From Leucoraja ocellata (taxonomy: Eukaryota): a stretch of DNA of 64,000 bases. The notes beneath the pieces are model-generated. The model worked only from the letters and a program-made list of their open reading frames with translations, was not told the origin of the DNA and ran no database searches. The position numbers and the translations under genes were made by a program. The stretch lies in NCBI GenBank assembly GCA_036785375.1, contig JAWMAR010000027.1, positions 9,796,001 to 9,860,000 of the forward strand, in the 5' to 3' direction. The first letter of the stretch is position 1. Each line of letters begins with the position of its first letter. Of the stretch, positions 25,290 to 38,020 are shown in pieces.

Positions 25290-25472
25290 ACACATATACA
25301 TACATTCTCTCATACACACACATTGGCACAATGTCACACGGACTCTCATAAAAACACTCACGCACATCCCTCATGCACACTCACACTCTCTCACACACAC
25401 ACACACTCCTCTCTCTACAGGATCTTGCTCACACAATCACTCATACTCTCTCTCTCTCACACACACACACAC
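25229..25472 (+). repeat. Compound (CA)n/(CT)n microsatellite
   Basis: Directly visible dinucleotide runs. Confidence 0.9.
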
Positions 25473-25473
25473 G

Positions 25474-25501
25474 CTGAAGAAGGGTCTCGACCCGAAACGT
25501 C
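25474..25501 (+). ncRNA. Minimal type I hammerhead-like ribozyme core within a short PLE element (25473-25565)
   Basis: CUGAAGA + A + GGGU(CUCG)ACCC stem II + GAAA + CGUC (palindromic ACGU, GUC cleavage triplet). Confidence 0.65.
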
Positions 25502-26338
25502 GCCAATTTCTTCTCTCCATAGATGCTGCCTCGCCCGCCGAGTTTCTCCAGCATTTTGTGTCTCCACCTCTCTCACACACGCAGTCTCACACTCACACAA
25601 CGTTTCCATCACAACATGGACACTCTATATAGTCTCACACGGCCAGTAGCTCCGACAGACACAAAATAACTCAAACATTTAACAAATAGTTGATCTCCAT
25701 TTAATCTCCAATGGGACACACGGCACATAAATACACGGCTTACAAACATATTTCCTGAAAGACAACGAAAAGATTCGATGAAGGCACTTCCCACTGAGCC
25801 GCCCCACCGCAGTTCTGCTTCAGGTTATGCTACTGGGTTCGGAATATCTTGTGCTCTGAATCCTCCGTCTGTTTATGAAAGGAAGGCTGCAACCTCCAGT
25901 CCAATGTGAAGTGCCGCGCACCGCGCATTCACCTGTTCACGCCCGTGGTCCGGATAAATGAGTGATAGCTTTTAGTTTAAAGAGCAGTAATGGTCAACAT
26001 ACTGCCCATTTTAGGAGTTAGTTTACAAAACATCGCCCTGGAGGGAAAGGTTTGAACCGAAGTGTCCATTATGGGCATTTATGAGTTTAAAGGGGAACAG
26101 TATATTGAAGTGGTGGCTTTATTCTACAAGAGCAGACAAATTTCGCAGTCGCTGAATGCTTTCGATGCATAAGTTTGGTGTAAGTTCCCAGTACTGTTTT
26201 TGCTACAATGGTTATTTTTATGTACAGCAGTCGGCATGTTCCACTTTTGCCTTATTGCGTGCAGTCAGTCGCCAGCCGCTCACTGACAGCTGTTTAGAGC
26301 CTAGCCACCCAACACCTGTCATTTTATCTGCTTTTTAG

Positions 26339-26419
26339 GGCGGAGAGCCATTGACCATCATTATGCAGAGAGACGCGGGTTCCCTGGGATTTAATATTAT
26401 CGGCGGCAGACCTTGTTCG
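26339..26419 (+). CDS. PDZRN3: PDZRN3-like exon 2 (start of PDZ1)
   Basis: tttttag|[27 protein letters not shown]|gtatgt; 81 nt, phase 0-0; carries the PDZ carboxylate-binding loop SLGF. Confidence 0.9.
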
Positions 26420-27189
26420 GTATGTTTACATTCGGTTATTATCAGTGTGATTTGCGATCCTTTACCACTGCAATAATGTGCGCTGTTGCGTGTGCTGTCG
26501 TGATCTTCAGAGATCTTCAGTCAGATTTGCACAGTCTGGCCTCTCCAATGCCCCTTATGGAAGAACTGTGCATGGATTTTTAGTAGCGTCATAAAATATT
26601 TTCCACCAGCAAAGGAAGTGCATGGAAATATCTCTGGCAGTCCCTGCTGGTTTGACGTAGAGTCAAAAGGTTACAATACTTTGGATGTACTAGCGTTCAG
26701 TTGCAAGGTGACTGTCAAGTACTCCCATCGCCTCTTCAGCCCATCTATTCTCCTGCTGTCATGAAAAGAATGTCACATTAAACCAACCAGCAACTTACCT
26801 TTATATTGTGCCTGGAACACCGCATGAAGGTCCCAAAGGGTTTCATGGGAGAGCTATCAAGTAACAAATTAACTCTTCAGAGATGTTAGAGCAAGTTTGG
26901 AAACTGTTTATCAGAAGAATGAGTTTTATGGAACATGTTCACGGAGGTAGATATGTTTAGGAAGGGAATGCCCGAATACCAGATGACCTGACTGAAGTCA
27001 TGGTCACTAGGGTTGGTGTGATTAAATTTAGGGATGTTCAATAACAGAGGAGGCAGATATCTCTAATGGTTAAAGACTGGAGGAGATTATAGAGTTGGAA
27101 ATAATTGGTCTTAACGATGCACAGATATGTGGAGAAATAATTTAATTGCTTCATTTTGGTACATATGACAATAAAATGACTCTTGACTT

Positions 27190-27360
27190 AAAATGCTGGA
27201 GTAACTCAGCAGACCAGGCAACATCTCTGGAGAGAAGGAATGGGTGATATTTCAGGTCAAGACCTTTCTTCAGACCTGAGTTAGGACTTCTTCATCCCGC
27301 TGAGTTACTACAGTATTTTGTGTCTATCTTCGGTGTAAATCAGCATGTGTAGTTCCTACC
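27190..27360. mobile_element. Fold-back PLE-derived pair in intron 2
   Basis: Minus copy through cttcagac, then plus copy cccgctgagttact...gttcctac. Confidence 0.75.
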
Positions 27361-27839
27361 CAAGTATTGACTCTTGGCCCTCTTGACTCAGCCAAGACTT
27401 GGAGTTAACTCAGGTAGCTGCTTCAGATAGGGAGGAATATGTAGTTGTTGGCTTGGCTTGGGAACAGAGATTGTGATGGGGAATCATGATGCAGATTTCA
27501 GTCCTAATATTCAGTCAAAAGCAATGTTTGCTTTTCCAGTGCTGGATGGCAGGTAAACAGATTTTTTTAGAGGCAATGGAAGATCAAGAAAAGTAGTTGT
27601 GATGTTAAATTGTGGCTTAACACATTAAAGTGAAATAGGATTCTGACCTTTTTGAATGTCGCTGAGAGGAAGCAGGTAGAAATAGAGGAAATATAAAAGA
27701 AAAGTAGATCACCTTGATCATTACAAGTTGATGCCACCCTTCTTATTAATCTCATCAGTTTTGTTTGATGCTCTTTTGTTCTCTACACCAGAGAAACTAA
27801 ATTAATTTTTTTTTGCTTGGGATGCCATTTTCTCAACAG

Positions 27840-27947
27840 GAAAATCAAGAAGGCACGACATGCGAGGGGATTTTTGTGTCAAAAATAGTGGATAATGGAC
27901 CGGCAGACAAAGAAGATGGACTGCAAATCCACGACAGAATTCTCGAG
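27840..27947 (+). CDS. PDZRN3: PDZRN3-like exon 3 (PDZ1 core)
   Basis: caacag|[36 protein letters not shown]|gtagga; 108 nt, phase 0-0. Confidence 0.92.
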
Positions 27948-28349
27948 GTAGGATCAGCACTTCATGTCTCAATCATTGAATAAGAAGTTGATTAATTTAT
28001 GTCATGTGATTTCATCGTGATTTATCCCTCACACGAAATACTGCAAATTGAGGTGTAGATTTCTGGCAATATTTATTTCATCTCTCAGATAGTTGTGTGG
28101 GAGGAAGCTGGATTACAGTTTGTCTTTGTCCACCCGTAATTATATACTTCATGCCAAATCTCTGATGAATGTCCTTTGCAATAGATGAATTTCCCAGGCT
28201 TGTAACTGTGGTCTTTCTACATGGAAAGGTATTACACTCTTCTGGTATTCATATTCGTTTACTATTGTCACATATACTGAGATGCAGTAAAAAAACAATT
28301 TCTGTGCTGTACAAGCAAATCATACTATACACTGGTACATAATGTGATT

Positions 28350-28436
28350 AGAAAGTAAACTACAGGTGCTGGTTTATACCAAAGATGAACACAAAATGCT
28401 GGAGTAACTCTGGGTCAGGCAGTATCTCTGGAGATG
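28350..28436 (-). mobile_element. Short PLE-derived element (3' part)
   Basis: cacaaaatgctggagtaactc...ggcagtatctctggaga. Confidence 0.7.
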
Positions 28437-28859
28437 TTTTGAATCTGATGGTACATGCTTTTAAGTTTCTTGGGAGTTCTTGGTATACCCTTGTTCTCTT
28501 GAAGCTCAGAAAATTAATTTTATTTCACAGCCTTGTAGTGAGCAAAAAGAGGGAATCAGAAAACAAAACAGTATTTCATTGCAGATGCAAACTATGAAAC
28601 AAAACAGCGCAATGTCCTTGCAAACCCCCTGTGACTAGACTCGGCATCTTTGATTTAATGCTTTTGGAAGTTTGATCATTAATGTTTGCTGCCATGAATT
28701 ACAGTTACAGAGCTGCTTTGTTTTTATTGTGTTATAGTTCATGCAAGGCAACTTCATTTTATCTCAGTGGGAAATAACTAAATCCCAGAAGGTATTATAT
28801 ATGGAACAAAGGAAGGAGAAAACTGGGTGAACAGGTGAATGTGTGTGGGAGGAGAGCAC

Positions 28860-29240
28860 TAAGAGTGTAAGTGACCTGAAATTGGAAAATTCAGTCTGAA
28901 GAAGGATCTCGACCTGAAGCATCACCTAAACCCTTTCTCCAGAGATGCTGCCTGCCTGACTGAGTTATTCCAGCAGTTTGTGCCCACCTTCATTGGAAAA
29001 TCCAACATTCATTTAATTGGGGTAGATGCTACCCAAGCAGAATATATGGACTCTAGCAATGAAGAAGGCTGAGGGGACACGTCGGTGTGGGAAGGAGAGT
29101 TAAAATGGCATTTAACCAGAAGGTGGATGACTGGTACACTCACAGCACAGGTCCTCCACAAAACTTTCACCTACACTTTTCCAATGTAGACAAAGACACA
29201 TCACTAGCACTGAATTCATGAACCAAGAGGAAGAAGTGTA
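28860..29240 (-). mobile_element. Decayed PLE GIY-YIG C-terminus with a plus-strand short element inserted (28891-28992)
   Basis: Minus strand reads HFNSPSHTD...IFCLGS...MNVGFSN. Confidence 0.65.
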
Positions 29241-29284
29241 GAGAATGTCTGTTAAGGTTCCTTGGAAGGTGGTAGAGAGACTGG

Positions 29285-29475
29285 TGGGGTGTCTAGGAGC
29301 TGCAACCGCAAAGGCGCGGTCACCCCTGAGCTTATGCCTCGACCGCGGGATATTCAGCAACCCCAAGTCGGCCGATCTGAGGGAGGTGGTGTGGTGGGTG
29401 AGCAGACTTTTAATGTAGGTGGGGGCAAGCCCATTGAGGACTTTGTAGACATGAAGGAGGATCTTGAAATTTATT
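29285..29475 (-). mobile_element. L2-clade LINE RT C-terminal fragment
   Basis: LRSADLGLLNIPRSRHKLRGDRAFAVAAPR is typical of the L2 ORF2 end. Confidence 0.75.
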
Positions 29476-31749
29476 CGACAAAGAAAAACAAAGTTATCAG
29501 GCTTTTTATTTGATCACTACCCAGATGGCAATAACAATTTTGCAAATGTGGATTTTGAAATGATTTTGAAGGCTATTGAAAAATAAATGTATTGTCCTAT
29601 CGAAAGTGAATACTGACAGTTTTGCTGTCATTATATGTGCATATTCTGTGCTATTGATTTGTGAATCAGGAACAGCTGTATAGCAAAAAAGCAAAAGACA
29701 ATTAATATTTTTCCAACAAAAGCTCAACATTTTACTGCCTGACTGTCCCTTGATACTTTGATAGATTGTTGGTGGAACCTAACCTTGGTGCTCTACTTGA
29801 TGCTAAGTTTCATATCACACTTCTAACCTGCCACTCAAACTATGCATTCCATTATCGCTTCCACTGCATTTTAACCTTAATTTACATCTATTCCACCTAG
29901 TTCCTGTTGTATTTTTCTCACCATTTCTATTTAATGACCTTAAACATTGTAGTTTATTCAATGGATTGACTTCCTAGTTGGAATCTGTGTTATCCAACAG
30001 TTTCTTGATTCTGGAGTGTCTCGAAAAAAGAATTCATGTAGCACCTACAACTTTTTCTTTGAATAATATTCCTTTCTGTGATCAAAGAATCACGACACCT
30101 GTTTTTCTAGAGTTCCAAACAGTCCTATAAACAATCCTATAAATAGTCCATGCGCCCATTTTTGGTATGTTGACTGGATACCACACTTGCCCCGCACACT
30201 AAATTAGGTGTCATTATGTTGGGACATTTTTGCTTTGAGGAATCTGTCGCGTGGCTTTGGCACATTTGAAAAGGTTTGAAGCTGTCTGGTGAATTCGCAG
30301 ATAGAGGTTTTTTGCAGACCTGACAGATGCCATCAAATTGATGCAATGCCTGCTAGAAAGTTCACAGTAGCACGGTTAAAGATCTCCCTTCATTGCGGCT
30401 ACATGGGCTGTTAGTAAGACGAGTGAAAAAGAGGGAAAGTGGGGTGGGAGGGGATCAGTGAGGAAGGGTTGATTAGAGTGGGGTTTAAGGTTAAACAGCT
30501 CGTTGGCAGGTAACACAGTCCCCCATATAATGGACTATCCTGATTGAGTTCCTTTGCCCTGACTTGACTGCATCTTAGCAATGGAACCAGAGATCTTGAC
30601 ATATAATGTGATCTCTGCCAGTACTGCCTATGTACAAAATAATCGTGCTTGGAAATCATTATGGGGAGATTCAATCAAGCTGAAAAGTGGGAATGGTTTC
30701 ATTGCGGTATTATTCTTGATTTTCTGTGTGGGGTTCTCTTGTTTTACTATGAGTTAGTCACAGAGATTATGACCCTTTGTTACAATTTCTATCTGTTAGT
30801 TAGAAAGGCACATTAGTATCAATATCATATATGCACAAGACAATGAGCACATCTCTTTCAGTATGAATAATGCCAGGAAAGTCTTTGGTCTCTATTCTCA
30901 CCTTCAGAAGTGGGTGTAAATATTACAGACGTGCAAAATATACTTTGTGCATGGTTGATACTTAAAAATGACATAATTTATATTCTCAGATCAAATTTCT
31001 AATGTTTATATGGGTGTGTGTCAGTGGGGTGGTATTGCATGGTAGACAGGGGGTGGATGGTAAATAGTTCATAAGAATCATTTTTCCAAGTAATCATGAT
31101 TTAAATCAATGAGAGAGGGGTGGGAATGATTCATTTAGCTCCTTGAATCTGCTTTCCAATTCAGTCAGATCACATCTGAACTGTGAATGGACTGTTGCCT
31201 TTACCTCTGACCATTCTGGGTTAATCTATGGTTAACACAAATCTCTAAATCTCTCATTTAAAATTAATAATTGACTTGGCATGTACAGAAAAAAAGTCCC
31301 AAATATCTACCACCCCATCCTAACATCCCAACCAGAAGGGGTTGGCTTTAAGTATGTTCCCTGATCTAAGATTCCCCAGTTCATGGAAAAATGTTATAAT
31401 GTTTGATATTATTTCTGCCTATTAGGTTTAAGATGATTAATTATCCTCAGCACCATCTCGATTGTAGTTTGTGTAACCTCTCCTCACAATTTACCTTTTT
31501 GTCTGTCTATTCCTTTTCAGGGTACATTAGTATTATTAGTTGATATAATTGATGGTTGTTTAACCTAATTAACCTTCTTAATGAGATAATGATCTTTCAA
31601 TCAGCCCCAGATGACTGTTTAAATTATTCCACTTTAAACATGTGCAATTAAAGAAATTATTTGCTTTTTTAATTTTCTTCAAGTAATCTCTGCCTTTCTG
31701 GCAGAAATATATACGTGGAAGTACCCTTTTAAATCTGGTTAATCAAGAA

Positions 31750-32580
31750 ATCTGAGGGGAAAGATTTAAAAGGGAAGTGAGGTACAATTATTTTACACAG
31801 GATATTTGGAACAAGCTGCCAGAGGAAGTAGTTAAGGTGCAATAACATAATTTAAAAGACATTTGGACAGGTACACGGACAAGAAAGGTTTAGAGGGATA
31901 TGGGCCACATGTGGCAAATGGAATTGTAATCCAAATTGTTAACATAGAAGACAAGCAACAGTGAACTCAATACCAATCCATGCAGCAGACAACTGGTCAC
32001 AGCCTCCAGTTTGAATAACTATCCTCCACAACCACTATGTGACTCCTTGACTTCTTCCACTAAGCCAATTTTGTATCCATGGGGGTAGTTCACGCTGGGT
32101 CCCATGTGACCTCATATTCCAGTCTCTTAAGCATTGCTATTGCATATCTACCAGCCCTTCAGGAGTGGATAGTCGAACAAAAAGTAAAAAAAAAGTATGG
32201 GGTATTCTTTATTGAATAAGCAAATATTGTAGTGCCATGAGGTTACCAATTTGTTCTTGTGACCTGGCATAGCTTAGAAAGTGATGTATTTGAAGTATGT
32301 GAATATTGATGGATGTGAAGGAAGGACATGAAGAGGAATTTATTTAGTCGGAGGGGGTGACTCTGTAGAATTCATTGCCACAGATGGCTGTGTAGGCTAA
32401 GTCAATGGATATATTTGAGACATAGATAGATAGATTCTGGATTAGTACAGGTGTTGGGGGCTACGGGAAGAAGGCAGGAGAATTAAGTTGAGAGGAAGAG
32501 ATAGATCAGCCATAATTGGATGGTGGATTAGACTTGATGGGCCAAATGGCCTAATTCTACTCCTATCACTTATGAACTTA
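31750..32580 (+). mobile_element. Cluster of CR1 3' fragments (31750-31925 and 32330-32580)
   Basis: WNKLPEEVV / FKRHLDRY motifs and 3' tails. Confidence 0.7.
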
Positions 32581-33151
32581 TTCAAAGTTGTTAAAAGGAA
32601 TGTTATAAGATCCAACAAATTCCAACAGCAGCTTTATTCCCTGAAGCTTCTAAGTAGGGATACACTTACAGCATTTTTCTTCTCTTTCAATTCTCTTTGT
32701 CAAAGAAGGAGTGGTATGTGCTTTATAACCTGGTTGTACTGGCCTCTGAGAACTCCTAAGCATAAAACTAGAAGGCTATTATTGTAAATTTGCTTGGACC
32801 TTTAGTGGAAATCAACAATTCATTTCAAATTCATTCAGTTTATTTGGCAGTCGAGAGACTGAGCAATATCTCATTTATCCTCTGCTGCAGTTAAGTGGTT
32901 GTTCAAGGTTTAGAGACAAAACCTTGAACAGAAGAAAGCTTGCATTGTTTTTCTATGATGAAGCTGCGAAGTGCATCTTATCTGCATATTTCAGTTACTT
33001 CCCATTCTATGTTCGATGCTTGTCATTGTGCCGATGATATAGGGTGTAAAAATAATACAGACTACAAAATAATTAAGACACATGAGACTGTAGATGCTGG
33101 AAATATGAGCACAAAAAAAAAACTGCTGGAGGAACCTGATTAGCAACCTGA

Positions 33152-33330
33152 CTAAAGATGGGCACAAAGTGCTGGAGTAACTTAGCATGTCAGGTAGCAT
33201 CTCTGGAGAAAATGGATGGGTGACGTTTCGGGTCCTTTTCCTCCAAAGATGCTGCCTGACCCGCTGATGTTACTCCAGCACTTTGTGTCTATCTTTGGTA
33301 TTAACCAGCATCTGCAGTTCCTTGTTTCTA
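33152..33330. mobile_element. Fold-back PLE-derived pair
   Basis: Minus copy ending gtgacgtttcgggt, then a plus copy. Confidence 0.8.
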
Positions 33331-33400
33331 GGATTTGATTTGGTCAGGCAGCATCAGTAGAGGGAAAAGAATCTTGGCAGAATGGAATTTGACTGATCTC

Positions 33401-33615
33401 TTAGTTTAGTTTAGAGATACAGGTACAGCGTGGAAACAGGCCCTTCGGCCCACCTAGTGCATGCCGACCAGTGATCCCCGCACATTAACATTATCTTACT
33501 GACACTGGGGACAATTTACCTTTATACTAAGCCAATTAACTTACAAACCTGATCTCGAATCAAACCCGTGTCTCTGGCGCTGAAAGGCAGCAACTCTACT
33601 GCTGCGCAACTGTGC
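33401..33615 (-). mobile_element. HE1-like SINE, internally deleted
   Basis: (ttagt)n tail, ggaaacaggcccttcggcccac, tRNA-like head; V-domain missing. Confidence 0.75.
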
Positions 33616-34019
33616 AATGAGTGATTGTGATCTGATCCGTCCTATTATTGATCTGCATGATTTGATTAGCCTTTCCTTAAAAAGTGCCCAAGAGTTAATT
33701 GCAAACACACACCTGCAATGAACGAATGTTGAGTTAAACCCCTGCCTGTGGGAAAGTTGGAGGTGTTTCTAAGTACATAGATTTATGATTTAATCACTGT
33801 GACAGCTGTAGGAGTCTGGCAATGCCCATAAATACTAAGATGTAATTTATATAGTTAAAAATATGCTGTGCAGTTTGTAAGGGGATTAATCACATTCCGA
33901 CAGGATAGTATATTTTATGCCAAGCTCACTTTGCATCAGTAGGTTTCAGGGCATTTGAGTCCTCAAAAGACATGTTTTATTCTCCATTTTGTTTGGTGAC
34001 TTCAATTTATTAATATAAA

Positions 34020-35180
34020 AAAGTCATAGTTATACACGTTGGCCTACCATGCCCTTGATGACTCAAGTACCTGTTTATCTTTTTTTTGTAAACCAGCATC
34101 TGTAGTTCTTTGTTTCTACCTATTCTAATTAATTTTACCAGCACTTGGCAACAAAGCCTTGGTGATTCAAGTGCTTGTCCAATTGTTTCTTAACTATTCT
34201 GAGAGCATTTTCCACCACCACCATCTCGGGTAGCACATTCCAGATTGTAACCATCCTCTATAAGTCCTCACCTTAAATCTATGCTATCTCGTCTTATGGG
34301 AAAGGTTTCTTACAATCTACCCTATCTGTGCGGTAGAATTCTGGGCACCTCCACCGGGTCCCCAATCACCACCTTCTGCTTCAAGGAAAACAAACCCACT
34401 CTATCCAGTTTCTCCTTATAACTGAAAACTTCCTTCAGGCAACATAATTGGGAATCTCTTCTGCACCCCTTCTAATGCAATCATGTTCTTCCTACAGTGT
34501 GGTATGTGGAACTGCACCCAGTATTCCAGCTGCAGCCCAACCATTATTTTACAAAGTTGTACCAAGAATCTTTCAGCACTTGTAATTTATTATCTGGCTA
34601 ATAAAAACAAGCATGCCACATGTCTTTTTCATCACTCTATTCACCAGTGTAGTTTCCTTTAGGGATCATTGGACTTGAAAACCAAGGTTACTATGAGACA
34701 AGGAACTGCAGATGCTGGTGTACACACCCAAAAGGACACAAAGTTCTGGAGTGACTCAGCAGGCTACCTGACCAGATTACTATGTTCCTCAATACTCCCT
34801 CAGGCCCTACCATTCATTGTATGTATTCTACCCTTCCCCATTTCACTCCCAAAATATACATCAGAATTAGGTACAATGCTTAATACCAAGCCAGTTTTGG
34901 ATCCAACTTGCCAATTAGCATAGGACCCCATTGCCTTTAACTTTTTAGGAGAGCCTTCCATGTGAGATTTTGTCAAAGCCTCAATGCAGTCCAAGTAAAC
35001 CACATTAACTGCACTGTCATCTTCGATATATTTAGTTACCACTTCAAAAAAAATCAATTAAATTAATTAGGCAGGATCTCCTATGAAACATCTATTCTGA
35101 CTATCCCTAATCAATCCCTACCACTGCAAGTGCACGTTACTCCTGTCCTTTCAATATTTTTCCAATAGTTTTCCCAACAT
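34020..35180 (-). mobile_element. Old CR1 LINE RT fragment with nested short PLE pieces
   Basis: FFEVVTKYIEDDSAVNVVYLD (RT) and downstream RT C-terminal motifs. Confidence 0.75.
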
Positions 35181-35194
35181 GACATCAGACAAAC

Positions 35195-35290
35195 TGTCTG
35201 AAGAAGGGTCTCGACCTGAAAAGTCACCCATTCCTTCTCTCCAGTGATGCTGCCTGTCCTGCTGTTACTCCAGTATTTTGTGTCTATCTT
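35195..35290 (+). mobile_element. Short PLE-derived element
   Basis: gtctgaagaagggtctcgacctgaaaagtcaccc. Confidence 0.8.
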
Positions 35291-36199
35291 TAGATAAACT
35301 GACCTGGTTTCATTGTTATTGTTCTTAAAGTAAAGGTACCATCACCTGACACCCCTCACCTGCAGCCAGCAAATAATTAAATATCATACTTATTTGCCTG
35401 AAATGGACCCACAATCAATGATTAAAAATTGCAAATGCTTGAAATATTTAGCAGCAAGGATAGCATCTGTTGGGTGAGAAAACATATTTCTGTCTTAAAC
35501 ACAAATTCTCTTGGAAGTTCGATGAACTGACTGGTTCCTCCTCCTTGGGTTCTACCTGACTTAATGACTGTTTTCAACATGTTCTGCTTTTATTTTAATT
35601 TCAGCATCTGCATTTTTTTGTTTTGCTTTTTGACAACAATTAATTAAGCTTTTCAAAAATCAAGAATGTTTGTCTATTTTGTATTCAAGAGTGTAGAGAA
35701 CGTGCCCAATTTTAAGTCAAGGACAAAGAATAAAAATAACCCAGAGAGGTTAGTTTGTGTTAGTGGTGCACTCATCTGTTTTGATCAGAGTGCTGCTTTT
35801 TACTTTTGATTTGAACGCTCTCTTGTGCATGAAGAAACGAGCTGCAAGACCATGGCAAGTGATGTCATTTTACTTCTGCCTTTCTCATAAATATACTTCC
35901 TGGCTTTGGAAAACTGAAAGACTGAAAGGACCGTCCTGGAAATAAGACTTGACTAAGTGAATCAGCTCAAGCTGCTTCAGTTCCAGTCCCAATATGGTGA
36001 ATGGGCACAGGAGATTTACACAAAATATTACAGCTGTTCATTAAGATAAATAGAACTGTGTCTTTTTGTCACCTTTGTAGGTTGACAGCCCGTATTTGGT
36101 CGAGAAGAATATTGAGTACAAAACCAGTTAATAATCTATTATACATTAGTTCAAGGATTAATGAGGATATATAATATAGGTATTGATATTAGTAATCGC

Positions 36200-36920
36200 A
36201 TCATAGAGCTATACAGCATGGAAGCAGTACTTTGGAACAACTTGCCAGTGCTGACTACATTTCTATTCTATGCTAATTCCCTGTAGTTGTCCATTATTCA
36301 TGTAAACCTTTCCAATCCATACATCTGTCCAATTGTATTTTAAAAGTTATAATTATAACTGCATCTCCAGCTTTCTCCATAAGCTTGTTCTAGATTCAGA
36401 CTACCCTCCATGTGAACAAGCTGCCCTGAGGTCTCTCTTAAATCACTCTGCTCTCGCCATAACCCTGTGCCCTTTAGTTTTAGAATCATCTAATCTGGGG
36501 GGAAAAGCATTCACATTATCCATGATCCTCATGATTTTGTACACTCCGATAAGGCCACCCCTCAGTGTACTATGCTCCAAAGAAAAAAAATCCCATCCCA
36601 TTGTGATTTTCTTGATTAGTACATGTGTTGGAGGTTATGGGGAGAAGGCAGGAGAATGGGGTTTGGAGGGAGAGATGGATCAGCCATGATTGAATGGCGG
36701 AGTAGACTTGATTGGCCGAATGGCCTAATTCTGCTACTATCCCTTTTGACATCACCATCTAGCCTCTCCCAATAGCTCAAGCCTACCTCCGTTAACATTC
36801 TGCTGAATTTATTATGCTTCCTTTCCAAGATAATGATATCCTTTCAACGGCAAAGCGACCAGAACTGCCACTCTACTTCCAATGTTGGTGTCACCTGCAA
36901 ATTACCTAAGAGCTTTTACA
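36200..36920 (-). mobile_element. CR1 LINE 3' fragment with an opposite-strand CR1 tail nested at 36605-36745
   Basis: KFSRML..GLSYWERL motif; tail ctctatga. Confidence 0.7.
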
Positions 36921-37756
36921 ACTTTGTCATACAAATCATTAATGTAAACAAACAACAGCTTGTTCAAAAATCATATGTCAGATTCGTGGGACATGACTTT
37001 CAATGAACAAAGCCATGCTGTTTCTAATGCTGTTGATCATAATCCCCACCAACAACTTTCCCAGGCTCACCGGCCTGTAGAACACTGGCTTGTCCTTGTC
37101 AAGAATCTGGCGCAACAGGCACTGTAAGGCAGCAACTCTATTGCTGCGCTGCCATGTCTTTACCAAACCTTTTATTTAAATTGGTTGTCAGTGTTTTTAA
37201 AATCTTCACGAGACAGCCACAACCCTGATCTTACTCATTCTTGTCAACAGATCAGCTTCCATCATTGTCTAATTGGTACCCAGAGATCAGGTGGTCTCTT
37301 TAGTCCAGTCTTTTATATTAACTAAACTAGTGGACTCCAACTCTCAGTCGTGAACAGGAAGTTCCATTAAAAGTATTTATATTGATTTTGATGCTCAGAA
37401 ATTGTGTTTGCAGTTTAGCTGAAGGTTTCATCTGGTTTTGACATTGCCAGGGACCGAGCCATTCTCCTTATCCCCTAAAGGACTCGCCAAATTGTGAAAA
37501 GATGGAAAATACCGATAAAAGTTTATTCTTATCATTTAACCACTAACTTGGGCAAATGCCACTAAGCCACAGCTTTCCTTTGCTGTTAACTCAGCACATA
37601 TATTTTTCTGATGAATACAAATACCTTAATCGATTCCTAGTTGAAAGTCGATTGCTCGCCAATGAGAACCTTTTTATCGATCCAATGGATGCGTTTGCAG
37701 ACAAGTGCAGGTTTCAATTATCTCCATCAAAGTTGACTGTCAGAAAAATCATTCCC

Positions 37757-38020
37757 TTTAAGGTGAAGGGGAATAGATTTAATAGGAATCTGAGCGATTC
37801 AGATTTTCACACAAAGGGTGGTGGATGTATGGAACAAGCTGCCAGAGAGGTAGTTGAGGCAGGGACTATTCCAACATTTAAGAAGCAGTTAGACAGGTAC
37901 ATGGATAGGACAGGTTTGTACCAAATGCTAGCAGATGGGATTACTAGCTGGGACATGTTGGCCGGTGTGGACAAGTTGGGCCGAAGGGCCTGTTTCCACA
38001 CTATCATTCTATGACTCTAT
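37757..38020 (+). mobile_element. CR1 LINE 3' end
   Basis: FKVKGNRFNRNL...EVVEAGTIPTFKKQLDRYMDR followed by the tail. Confidence 0.85.

Noticed and set aside
25210-25649. His/Thr/Ser/Leu-rich ORFs
   Set aside because: Translations of microsatellites
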